In this document: positions 8,398-17,203 of the stretch, piece by piece
Layout: the number at the start of each line of letters is the position of its first letter
Numbering within the stretch: the stretch's first letter is position 1
Assembly: GCA_015522685.1 (NCBI GenBank)
Contig: WALU01000013.1
Span: 1-35,456, forward strand
Length of the DNA: 35,456 nucleotides
From: Thermoproteota archaeon
Lineage (GTDB): Archaea > Korarchaeota > Korarchaeia > Korarchaeales > Korarchaeaceae
Direction of reading: 5' to 3'
Translations under genes and position numbers: made by a program
The notes under the pieces: model-generated
Database searches by the model: none
Told to the model about the DNA's origin: nothing
What the model saw: the letters and a program-made list of their open reading frames with translations, nothing else

Positions 8398-10104
8398 CTA
8401 TGTCTTTAGTAGGTGATATCTACTACTAAAGAATTCATCGGCTAAATTTGGTAAATCCCTTAATGAGACAATTCTGATCCTCTGGCTTATCCACTTGGGC
8501 GCAGTTCTTAGGCAAATTTTAAGCCTTCTATCTGCTAGTACAATAAATCCAACATCTGTAGGGGATCTAACAGGTCTGGCTGCCGCCTGAATGGCAGTTC
8601 TGCAACCATGCAGGACATCTGGATTTTTTAACCTTGAATATCTCTTCCATAAGAGACGAAACAGCTCACTTTCAATTCCTGGCTTCAGTAGTTGTAAACC
8701 TATTACAATTGATGTGGTCATTTGAAGTCTTGGAAAGTCCTCTCCTTCACTGTTCCTTCCTCCTTGGACCCCTAACAGTATAGCACCCTCTTTACACTTC
8801 TTTTTATATCTACTAACCATTAGGAGATTTTCCTTCATTGACATGCCCCTCTTTTCTATGAAGAGATCTTTCTCAATGAGGTACTCAAAACCGACATCTA
8901 ATAAGCCGTATAATATACCATAAGAAGCTGCGAAGATACCTATATTTCCTATGACCTTTTTTGAAAGATCAGCTATCACTGTTGCTAGTCTATAATACTC
9001 AGATCTGTTTCTCTTCTCGAATCTTGTGGTGAAATCTTTCAACAATAATACGGTAACATCGCCCCATTCAGGAATGGGAACCTTAAAGTATCTTACATCT
9101 CTTAAAAATTCATATTTGCTCTCCTCCCCACCCCACGTCCCAGATATTAATACTGATGAATTATACTCACTCAAAAAGCCTTCTAGTATGTCCTTTAAGT
9201 AGTATATAATCAGTATGCTTTCTCTCGTAAGAATTATCTTCCAAGAGAGGGCTATCTCTTTTGATAATTCACTTAATAATACTTTAATGATCCAAGAAGT
9301 ATTTTCATTAGTATTACAGTCCCTTATAATGCTTCTTAGATATTCTCGAGGAATCTCGACAGATGAGAGTCCGGATCTAAGGAATAATGAGATTAGCTCG
9401 TTAGCCTTATCACAAGCTGCCTCTCTAAATAGATCTCTTACCTTCACTAAACTTATCTTTCTTAACGAGTTATGGATCCAGTACTTCTTAAGATTATGAG
9501 CCTCATCCACAATTAACGATAAGTTCCTTCCATGAAGAACTGATCTAAGGTTCTCCCTAAGTTCAGGATCTAAGAGATATGCATACGAAAGTATAACAGC
9601 ATGATACTTGCCTTCTCTCAGTAATTTAAGGGTATAATAGTAAGGACATAATCTATCTTTTTGCTTAAGAGGATCTTCGCATTTATTAGAAATAATTGAT
9701 GCGTTTAATGTATTTTTATAGAAGGGGCAGAGACCCTTCTCCTTCAACTCATTACATTTAGCATTGAATGCAAAATGATCATCTATCGATCTGGCTTTCC
9801 AGTTTAGGCATACTTCCTTTTTTCCTCTGAATGCAATCAGCTTTAGTTCCTTAAAATTCCTACATTCTTCCATTACTCGATCTATTTGCCTATGAGTCCT
9901 AGCTAAATAGAGGAATCTCATGTCTTTCTCTCTCGCTAGGTATAAAATTGCAGTTAATATAGCTGAAGTCTTTCCCATTCCATTTGATGCTTCTATTAGG
10001 GTAATACCTCCTCTTTTAAGAGATCTGCATATTTCCCTTGAGAGCTTCTCCTGACCCTCTCTGAAGTTCTGGTATGGAAAGTACTTGCGAATGTCTACGC
10101 ACAT
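8398..10104 (-). CDS. xpd: XPD/Rad3-family Fe-S DNA helicase
   Basis: Q motif FPY..FREGQ, ASNGMGKT, ARTHRQ, Fe-S cysteines (VCLN, KCNE, LCPFY, LCPYY), VDEAHNL, SGT, GRNSEGEDF, QAAARPVR, LADRR. Confidence 0.9.
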   Translation of the reverse strand: MCVDIRKYFPYQNFREGQEKLSREICRSLKRGGITLIEASNGMGKTSAILTAILYLAREKDMRFLYLARTHRQIDRVMEECRNFKELKLIAFRGKKEVCLNWKARSIDDHFAFNAKCNELKEKGLCPFYKNTLNASIISNKCEDPLKQKDRLCPYYYTLKLLREGKYHAVILSYAYLLDPELRENLRSVLHGRNLSLIVDEAHNLKKYWIHNSLRKISLVKVRDLFREAACDKANELISLFLRSGLSSVEIPREYLRSIIRDCNTNENTSWIIKVLLSELSKEIALSWKIILTRESILIIYYLKDILEGFLSEYNSSVLISGTWGGEESKYEFLRDVRYFKVPIPEWGDVTVLLLKDFTTRFEKRNRSEYYRLATVIADLSKKVIGNIGIFAASYGILYGLLDVGFEYLIEKDLFIEKRGMSMKENLLMVSRYKKKCKEGAILLGVQGGRNSEGEDFPRLQMTTSIVIGLQLLKPGIESELFRLLWKRYSRLKNPDVLHGCRTAIQAAARPVRSPTDVGFIVLADRRLKICLRTAPKWISQRIRIVSLRDLPNLADEFFSSRYHLLKT

Positions 10105-10243
10105 AGAAGACTAGTGATATCTGCTAACTTTTATATAATATAGAAAGAGAACAAAGATATGCAATAGTTTTGAACAATTATTGACAGATTATTCGGCTGA
10201 TATCTATTAAAAAGATAGACAGTAGAGAAAAATAGAATTATTT

Positions 10244-11473
10244 TTAGAACAGTATATGAGGCCTGCCAAGCACTTCCTCCACAATCTCTGTAAGATCGGA
10301 GTTTCCATCATTAGCTATAGATATCCACCTCTCCTCTACTCTTCTAGATCCCTCTGGCCCTAGAACATCTGGCGATTTTATGCCAGTGAGTAGTAATATA
10401 ACCCTGACGCCATCTCCAAGCTCCTCATCCATGTCAGCTCCAATCTTAATTATGGCGTCGCTAGACATTCTAGAGGCAACTATTTCAGTTATCTTGTGGA
10501 CCTCCGTAAGCTTAAGGCTCTTTCCACCATAAACTACAACTAATGCTCCTCTAGCACCATCAGGCGATATTTCTATGAGCTGATTCTTCAACGCCATTCT
10601 GACTGCTTCATCAGATCTTCTCTTAGGATCGCTGGATTCTCCTATTCCTACAGCAGCTACACCTCCCGCCGACATTAGCATCCTTATATCATTTAAATCA
10701 ACGTTAACCATAGTCCTCTTTCTGATTATCTCAGCTATTCCCTTAACCATTATTGCTAGAGTATAGTCAGCCATTGCAAACGCTTTATCTATGGGAAAAT
10801 CTCCAGCTAACTGCAATAACTTGTCATTAGAGATTAATACAACAGTGTCAGCCCACTTTCTAAGCTGTCTTATGCCTTCTTGGGCAATCTTATACTTATG
10901 TCTCCCTTCGGTCTTAAAGGGAAGAGTTACAAATCCTATAACTTTAGCGCCCTTATCTTTTGATATTTTCGCTACTATGGGAGCCGCTCCTGTACCTGTT
11001 CCTCCCCCCATACCAGCTGCGATAAAAACTAAATCAGGTCTATTACCTAATGCATCAGATATTTTATGAGCATCTTGCTCTGCGCATGCTCTTGCTACCT
11101 CTGGTCTCCCACCAGCTCCCAAACCATTAGTAATGTTCTCTCCAATGAGTATCTTATTTGGAACATTTATTCCATCTAGATGTACTTTATCCGTATTTAT
11201 CGCGACCAGTTTAACGCCTTCCGCACCTAAATTGTTGAGGTTATGCACGGTATTTGATCCGCAGCCACCAACTCCTATTATCGCTATATTCCCCGTGGAG
11301 TAATTCTCGCGAATGTTGGGATCAGTAACAATGCCAGCGTTCGATTCATCGCTACCTATCAGAGGGAATTGGAGCTCATTGCTATCTCCTATAGAGGAGT
11401 TGAATATCTTCTTATATAGACCAATCATTTCTCTAGCTTGATCAGAACCAGCACTAGTAACTTCTCTGGACAT
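10244..11473 (-). CDS. ftsZ: Cell division protein FtsZ (FtsZ2-type by cdrS linkage)
   Basis: GVGGCGSN, AINTD, GAGG.PE, AGMGGGTGTG, NVDLND. Confidence 0.95.
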   Translation of the reverse strand: MSREVTSAGSDQAREMIGLYKKIFNSSIGDSNELQFPLIGSDESNAGIVTDPNIRENYSTGNIAIIGVGGCGSNTVHNLNNLGAEGVKLVAINTDKVHLDGINVPNKILIGENITNGLGAGGRPEVARACAEQDAHKISDALGNRPDLVFIAAGMGGGTGTGAAPIVAKISKDKGAKVIGFVTLPFKTEGRHKYKIAQEGIRQLRKWADTVVLISNDKLLQLAGDFPIDKAFAMADYTLAIMVKGIAEIIRKRTMVNVDLNDIRMLMSAGGVAAVGIGESSDPKRRSDEAVRMALKNQLIEISPDGARGALVVVYGGKSLKLTEVHKITEIVASRMSSDAIIKIGADMDEELGDGVRVILLLTGIKSPDVLGPEGSRRVEERWISIANDGNSDLTEIVEEVLGRPHILF

Positions 11474-11634
11474 CAGTAAGCCACACCTCCTGCTCCTCTC
11501 TTCCTATATTCTCTTATTAGGAGCCTTATAGCTTCTCTAATCGCTTCACTCTTGCTTGTAAAACCACCTTCCTGTACGAGTCTCTCTAGCTCTCTCATCA
11601 GGGAGTGAGGGATATGGAAAGATACTACTACCAT
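11473..11634 (-). CDS. cdrS: Ribbon-helix-helix regulator CdrS (53 aa; absent from the ORF track)
   Basis: Manual translation MVVVSFHIPHSLMRELERLVQEGGFTSKSEAIREAIRLLIREYRKRGAGGVAY*, a CopG/RHH pattern. Stop overlaps the ftsZ start (TGATG). Confidence 0.88.
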   Translation of the reverse strand: MVVVSFHIPHSLMRELERLVQEGGFTSKSEAIREAIRLLIREYRKRGAGGVAY

Positions 11635-11965
11635 AAGACCACCAAATATTACTTATAGCTAGGATATCTATAAGGTGCATTTAACAATTCTAGGTAGATG
11701 ATATGATTATGATATTAATATTTTTGGCATATTTCTTTATAAATCAATGTAACCTTTAAGAGTTACTTATGAAGATAAAAGATAAGTAAAGCTGTCTATT
11801 CTATAGATAAGTGACAATGGGCCCTATCTGATTAGTTATCTTTCTGATAAGCCATCTCCTGCATTTATCCTAATATGATATGATATCGTTTATGATAAGA
11901 AGGGCATGATTTCCACTCCGATGTTAGGATATACTGATACAATATGATTAAGATAATACATTACC

Positions 11966-13357
11966 ATGCCTATTATGATAGTTATGAGTTCCTTAGGTCT
12001 TATACCCAATGCCTCTAATCTTTATTTAGGTAAAATGCTGAACTATCTAGGTATATTAGATTTAGAAGATCTTTACTCTGATGTACCCAAGGATCTTATC
12101 CTTAAGAAGCCTCCAAGTATAGGTGTTCCTATATGCCAATCGGGGCTTGAATCTTTGTACGAAGATTTGTTATCTACTTACAATGTAAAGTTGATTTTCA
12201 CGGGAGGAGGAATAGCTGATCACTACATCCCTTCCATTGTCGATGAGCTTGTATCTAAACAGGAGTTTTACACTTCATATACACCTTATCAGCCCGAAAT
12301 ATCGCAAGGAATCCTACAGGCTCTCTTCGAGTATCAGTCTCTCATGGCAGAGTTGCTTGGTATGGATGTAGCTAACTCATCTCTATATGACTATGGATCG
12401 GCGCTTGGTGAGGCTGGGAGATTCGCTATCAGAGTTACCAAAAGAAAAAAATTCTTAATAGCTTCTAACACTCATCCGGAGAGAAAGAATATTCTAAGAA
12501 CGTATGTAGAACCATTAGATGTCAAGATATCAGAGGTTGAATATGAGAAGGAGAGTGGTATGATCTCCTTAGATAAGCTCTCATCGAGTATAAATGATTC
12601 TGTTGGCATGGTTTACCTAGAAGTTCCAAACTTCTTCGGTGTAGTAGAAGAAGCAGTGGAGGAGGTCTCAGAGATAAGTCATAGTAAAGGAGCATTACTT
12701 GTGGTAGGTGTAGATCCTTTCCTTATGGGGGTAATGAAACCCCCCGGAGAACTGGGAGCCGATGTAGCCATAGGTGAAGGCCAACTTTTAGGAGGATATA
12801 TGAACTTTGGAGGTCCTTCTCTAGGAATCTTCGCCATAAAGAAGAGATTCAGGCAAATAAGGCAGATTCCAGGCAGGATTATCGGCTTAACTAAAACCCT
12901 TGATGGTAAATATAGAGGATATACTATGGCTTTACAAACTAGAGAACAACATATTCGCCGAGAAGAGGCAACTTCTAATATAACAACAAACACATCTCTT
13001 ATGGCCATAAGAGCAGCGATCTATCTCTCCCTATTAGGACCAAATGGCATAAGAAAAGTTGCTGAGAAGATCCTTTATAATACAGCATATCTGAAGAGAA
13101 AGATAAAGTCTTTACCTTGTTTTGATGTACTTTTTACATCGTCTCCTATGTTTAAAGAGATACCTGTAATCTCAAATAGGCCATGGACAATCATTAACGG
13201 GCATTTATTGGATAGGAAAATTTTAGGAGGATTTCATGTAGCTAGCATATTCCCAGAGGTAGACATCAATGGACTAGCCTTGTTTTCTACGACAGAAAAG
13301 CATAGCAAGGAGGATCTTGATCTTCTCTTGAATGCACTTAGGGAGATGTGTTTATGA
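11966..13357 (+). CDS. gcvPA: Glycine dehydrogenase (decarboxylating) subunit 1
   Basis: FYTSYTPYQPEISQG, NSSLYD, FGGP, LQTREQHIRREEATSNI. The start may be ATG 11984. Confidence 0.95.
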   Translation: MPIMIVMSSLGLIPNASNLYLGKMLNYLGILDLEDLYSDVPKDLILKKPPSIGVPICQSGLESLYEDLLSTYNVKLIFTGGGIADHYIPSIVDELVSKQEFYTSYTPYQPEISQGILQALFEYQSLMAELLGMDVANSSLYDYGSALGEAGRFAIRVTKRKKFLIASNTHPERKNILRTYVEPLDVKISEVEYEKESGMISLDKLSSSINDSVGMVYLEVPNFFGVVEEAVEEVSEISHSKGALLVVGVDPFLMGVMKPPGELGADVAIGEGQLLGGYMNFGGPSLGIFAIKKRFRQIRQIPGRIIGLTKTLDGKYRGYTMALQTREQHIRREEATSNITTNTSLMAIRAAIYLSLLGPNGIRKVAEKILYNTAYLKRKIKSLPCFDVLFTSSPMFKEIPVISNRPWTIINGHLLDRKILGGFHVASIFPEVDINGLALFSTTEKHSKEDLDLLLNALREMCL

Positions 13358-14886
13358 GATACAGACAGGCTAGATGGGAAGCAGGTGAGGGCATCCTTGA
13401 ACCCACTATCTTTGAGCTTGGTAAGATAGGCGAAGGTGGCGTTGTAGTTGCTAAGCCCGACAACAGAATCATTGAAGAGACAGGGAAATTGGAGGATATA
13501 TTACCTAAGAAGCTGGTTAGAGAAAATATAAGCATTCCTGGCTTAACAGAACCGGAGGTAGCAAGACATTTCAATCATCTCACTCAGATGAACTTTGGAG
13601 TCGATAGCGGACCGTACTGGCTTGGATCTTGTACGATGAAGTATACTCCTAAGCTAGTGATGAGATTAGCGTCATATCATGAGCTAAGAGAACTTCATCC
13701 CTATTCTCCAGAGGAGCTGACCCAGGGAATATTAAGAGTACTCTATGAACTTCAGAATATGCTATCTATTATAACCGGGCTTACTCATTTCACACTACAG
13801 CCAGCTGCTGGTGCCCATGGGGAGCTAGTTGGAGCACTTATAATGAGGAAGAGATTCCTTGATTTGAGCGAGAGAAGGGATGAGATGTTAATTCCGGATT
13901 CCGCCCACGGATCCAATTTCGCAAGTGCCACCATGGCAGGTTTTAAGATTGTGAGGATACCCCCATCTGATGAAGGTACTATTGATCTAAGCGCTCTTAG
14001 GGCAGCAATCAATGAGAAAACTGCTGGTATGATGGTAACTAATCCTAATACATTGGGAATATTCGAGAACAATATCCTTGAGGCTGCAGATATGTTGCAT
14101 AATAATGGAAGCTACCTCTACTATGATGGAGCTAACTTAAATGCTATAATGGGTTGGCTAAGGCTATCAGATATGGGGGTAGATCTCGCTCATTTTAACA
14201 TGCATAAAACGTTTAGCGCCCCTCATGGCGGAGGAGGACCTGGAGCTGGCGCCGTTGGCGTTACTAATGAGTTAAAAGATTATCTTCCAGTTCCTATTAT
14301 AGTAAAGGAAGAGAATAGATACAAGCTGAGCTATGAAGTACCTAAGAGCATAGGTAAGGTTAGAATGTTTTACGGAAATGTAGGTGTTTTAGTTAAGGCT
14401 TGGAGCTATCTAAAGTTGTTGGGAAGTGAGGGTGTGAGAACTTCTTCCGGCATAGCTGTACTTAATGCAAACTATGCAAGGAAGAGGCTTATGGATATTG
14501 GATTTGAAGTTCCTTATGGGAAAAATAGACCATGTAAACATGAGTTTGTTCTCTCTTTATCTAATTTCAGGAGAGAATATGGTATTAAGGCCTTAGATTT
14601 TGCCAAGGCTCTAATAGATAGAGGCTATCATCCACCCACCATATATTTCCCTCCCATAGTTCATGAGGCATTTATGATGGAACCAACAGAGTCAGATAGC
14701 TTAAGGGAGATAGATGGTTACATAGATGCTATGAGAGAAATAAAAGAGTCAGCGAAAGAAAAGCCGGATGAGGTCTTGAACGCGCCTAGAAATGCTGCGA
14801 TAACTAGGATAAATGATGCTCTAGCTAACAAGAAGCTATGGCTAACATGGAAAATATACAAGGAGAGTAAGGAAAGAGAAAATTAA
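13348..14886 (+). CDS. gcvPB: Glycine dehydrogenase (decarboxylating) subunit 2
   Basis: LGSCTMKY, QPAAGAHGE, SAHG, DGANLNA, HKTFSAPHGGGGPG (PLP Lys), EPTES. Confidence 0.96.
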   Translation: MFMRYRQARWEAGEGILEPTIFELGKIGEGGVVVAKPDNRIIEETGKLEDILPKKLVRENISIPGLTEPEVARHFNHLTQMNFGVDSGPYWLGSCTMKYTPKLVMRLASYHELRELHPYSPEELTQGILRVLYELQNMLSIITGLTHFTLQPAAGAHGELVGALIMRKRFLDLSERRDEMLIPDSAHGSNFASATMAGFKIVRIPPSDEGTIDLSALRAAINEKTAGMMVTNPNTLGIFENNILEAADMLHNNGSYLYYDGANLNAIMGWLRLSDMGVDLAHFNMHKTFSAPHGGGGPGAGAVGVTNELKDYLPVPIIVKEENRYKLSYEVPKSIGKVRMFYGNVGVLVKAWSYLKLLGSEGVRTSSGIAVLNANYARKRLMDIGFEVPYGKNRPCKHEFVLSLSNFRREYGIKALDFAKALIDRGYHPPTIYFPPIVHEAFMMEPTESDSLREIDGYIDAMREIKESAKEKPDEVLNAPRNAAITRINDALANKKLWLTWKIYKESKEREN

Positions 14887-15786
14887 CTCCATGGCTAAAA
14901 TGCTTTTCACCAACTTTTCCTCATTTTTAATTCCCATGTTGATTAGCAGCCATGCCAGTGATTTGTTAGGGGGAGGCACTAGAGTACCATCCTCCTTCAC
15001 CTTAGTAGGCATCTTTCTTTTGGTCCCTCCCCAACTAATAACTTTTAGAAAGAAGTCTAATCCGTGAGGGAGTGTTAATATAATCAGAGGCCAATAAAGT
15101 CCTTTGATGGCTGAAAGGGATGATATATAGCCTCCTAGCAAGAAGGTCATGATATTACCAGGGAAAGATCTAGCAGGAATCCAGTTGAATATTAAGAAGG
15201 AAGCAAGAATTCCAGCTAAGGTGAGCATTAAAAATAAGTTAGTTATATCCTTTTTTGCCATAAAAAGTATAGAGAGAGTTAATGAGATTATAAGAGAAGT
15301 CCCAGCTTCCAATCCATTAAAGCCGGCTAATGTATTAAAAGCGTTAGTGATGTAGATTCCAAAGAGTATTATAGCCATTATATTAAGAAGGAGAGATACA
15401 TTGGCAAATGGGGGGAAGGGAGATAGCCATTTATAGAGGAGAATGAATGGTAGTCCTGAGATTATGATCTTTTCTAAGTTTTTCATACCAACTAAATCAT
15501 CTACTAGACCCATTATAGCATAAAATATTGCTGCTAGTTGAAGAACTACTGTATTTATGCCAAAAATAAGGGATATTATGGATGGAGTGATCGCTATTAT
15601 TAGTGAAGCCGGTAGCCCTCCTATTCTAGCAGCCTTAACTTCATATGGCTTATGCAAATCCTTTGATAATAGCCCTCTTTTTTTCGAGGTCGCTATCCAC
15701 TCATCTGTAAGTCTATAAGTGATAAATGGCAGGAGGAGAAGAATAATTACTCCAAGGATGAATCTAATTAATAGCATAGCCAGCAT
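14842..15786 (-). CDS. MraY/GPT (glycosyltransferase family 4) polyprenyl-phosphate HexNAc-1-P transferase, paralog 1
   Basis: KDLHKP...GG, GLVDD, NAFNTLAGFNGLE, FNWIPARSFPGN; many TM segments. ATG 15786 avoids overlap with the divergent gene. Confidence 0.87.
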   Translation of the reverse strand: MLAMLLIRFILGVIILLLLPFITYRLTDEWIATSKKRGLLSKDLHKPYEVKAARIGGLPASLIIAITPSIISLIFGINTVVLQLAAIFYAIMGLVDDLVGMKNLEKIIISGLPFILLYKWLSPFPPFANVSLLLNIMAIILFGIYITNAFNTLAGFNGLEAGTSLIISLTLSILFMAKKDITNLFLMLTLAGILASFLIFNWIPARSFPGNIMTFLLGGYISSLSAIKGLYWPLIILTLPHGLDFFLKVISWGGTKRKMPTKVKEDGTLVPPPNKSLAWLLINMGIKNEEKLVKSILAMELIFSFLTLLVYFPC

Positions 15787-15824
15787 TGTTTTTATCAGCT
15801 CTTTCAAATAGAGGATGGTAAAAA

Positions 15825-16808
15825 ATGCTACTACTATTGACATTAGTTGTAGTGACGCTGCCTGCAATTTTATCGGAGATATTTCAGCGTATCTTAATTC
15901 CTAGGTTGATTGCTAAGGGTTTTGTCTCTAAGGATGTACATAAAATAGGAGAACCCTTAATTCCCGAGCCGGTAGGTCCTGCAATTTCCTTTTCCTTCAT
16001 AGTTACCCTAATGTTATTACTCCCCCTCACTAGCAAGTGGGCACTGCTAGCTGGTATTGCTGCATCATCAGGATTAGCTTCTTTAATTGGGTTATTAGAT
16101 GATATAGCCCCGCTTGGAGCTAAAATTAAGCCAGTTCTACTAATTTTACCTGCTTTTCTACTGGTAGCTACTGGGGAAATAATACCTAGGCCATATCTTC
16201 CTCTACTAGGAAGAGCCAGGCTGTATTATGCGTATTGGCTTATACTCCTAGCTATGTTCACAGTTTTCTCCAATGCTGTTAACATGATGGATGCTTTGAA
16301 TAGCATGCTTCCCTCTTCAGTATATGCAGCTACCATGCCTCTAATTCCAGTTCTTCTAGTGTTAAATAACCTGGATAGTCTATTGGCCTTGTTAGCCTTG
16401 CTGTCTTCCATGCTCCCATATTACTTGAGGAATAGGTACCCTGCTAAGGTTTTTGGCGGAGATTCTAACTCTCTATTCATAGGAGCGGCTATTGCATCCA
16501 TTGCTGCTGCCTCTAACACAGAAGCCTTCTTTAGCATAGCTCTGCTTCCATTCATGGTTTCTGGTTTCTCAGTAATAGCTTCTGTGGGAGGGCTTATGGA
16601 GAGGCATGAGATAAGTAGGAGGCCGGTCATGCTAGAAAAAGGCAAAATAAAGGCTAATCCTGATCCAAAAGCGCCTATGTCCCTAATTGCGATTCTCACC
16701 AGTGATAAACCCAAGATGGAGCCAGAAATTGTGAGAAATATCTCATTAATTTCATTGATGTCAGGGCTGCTAGCTTGCTTAACCTTCTTTCTCCTAACGC
16801 CTAGGTGA
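15825..16808 (+). CDS. MraY/GPT (glycosyltransferase family 4) transferase, paralog 2
   Basis: KDVHK...PEPVG, GLLDD, NAVNMMDALN, NRYPAKVFGGDS. Confidence 0.87.
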   Translation: MLLLLTLVVVTLPAILSEIFQRILIPRLIAKGFVSKDVHKIGEPLIPEPVGPAISFSFIVTLMLLLPLTSKWALLAGIAASSGLASLIGLLDDIAPLGAKIKPVLLILPAFLLVATGEIIPRPYLPLLGRARLYYAYWLILLAMFTVFSNAVNMMDALNSMLPSSVYAATMPLIPVLLVLNNLDSLLALLALLSSMLPYYLRNRYPAKVFGGDSNSLFIGAAIASIAAASNTEAFFSIALLPFMVSGFSVIASVGGLMERHEISRRPVMLEKGKIKANPDPKAPMSLIAILTSDKPKMEPEIVRNISLISLMSGLLACLTFFLLTPR

Positions 16809-16814
16809 TAATGT

Positions 16815-17057
16815 ATGGATAAGGGAACTTTGCTTGCGCTTTATGGTGTTATATCGGGTTGGTTTCTCGTGATTCTGTCTCTTGCCTTCATAAAGCTGTT
16901 ACTTATGACCCTAAGTGGTAGGAGATTAATAATAGCACTACTGAGAGTAGTTTTGGGTCTCCTAATTCTCTCAACATTTCTCTATGCATGGTATAGGATC
17001 TTGAGAAGGAGCTTCTTGAAAATTAAGATTAATAGCAATGGGCCCGGGGGGACTTGA
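16815..17057 (+). CDS. Small membrane protein (2 TM)
   Basis: GGTGA SD and ATG right after the transferase gene; two hydrophobic stretches; last 19 nt overlap tRNA-Ile antisense. Confidence 0.6.
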   Translation: MDKGTLLALYGVISGWFLVILSLAFIKLLLMTLSGRRLIIALLRVVLGLLILSTFLYAWYRILRRSFLKIKINSNGPGGT

Positions 17058-17146
17058 ACCCCCGGCCTCCCGCTTTTCCTCTGGCGGTCTTGTAGCGGGA
17101 GCCGCCATATAAGGCGGGCGCTCTATCCAGTCTGAGCCACGGGCCC
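17039..17146 (-). tRNA. tRNA-Ile(TAT) with 33-nt intron in the anticodon loop (~17075..17107)
   Basis: Minus strand: GGGCCCG TG GCTC AGACTGGATA GAGC G CCCGC CT TAT A [TGGCGGCTCCCGCTACAAGACCGCCAGAGGAAA] A GCGGG AGGCC GGGGG TTCAAGT CCCCC CGGGCCC A. Relaxed BHB: CCTT/GAGG helix, ATA and AAA bulges, TGGCGG/CCGCCA stem. Confidence 0.92.
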
Positions 17147-17203
17147 AAACCTATATCGATAAGGCCAGATCTATATATATAAGGGTTAGCAGCTATATAT
17201 TAG

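Noticed and set aside
11820-11965. Glycine riboswitch upstream of gcvP
   Set aside because: The aptamer consensus elements are absent; kept only as a generic stem.
15787-15867. 43-nt head-to-head overlap of the two transferase ORFs implied by the track
   Set aside because: The downstream ATG at 15786 gives a normal-length protein with no overlap.
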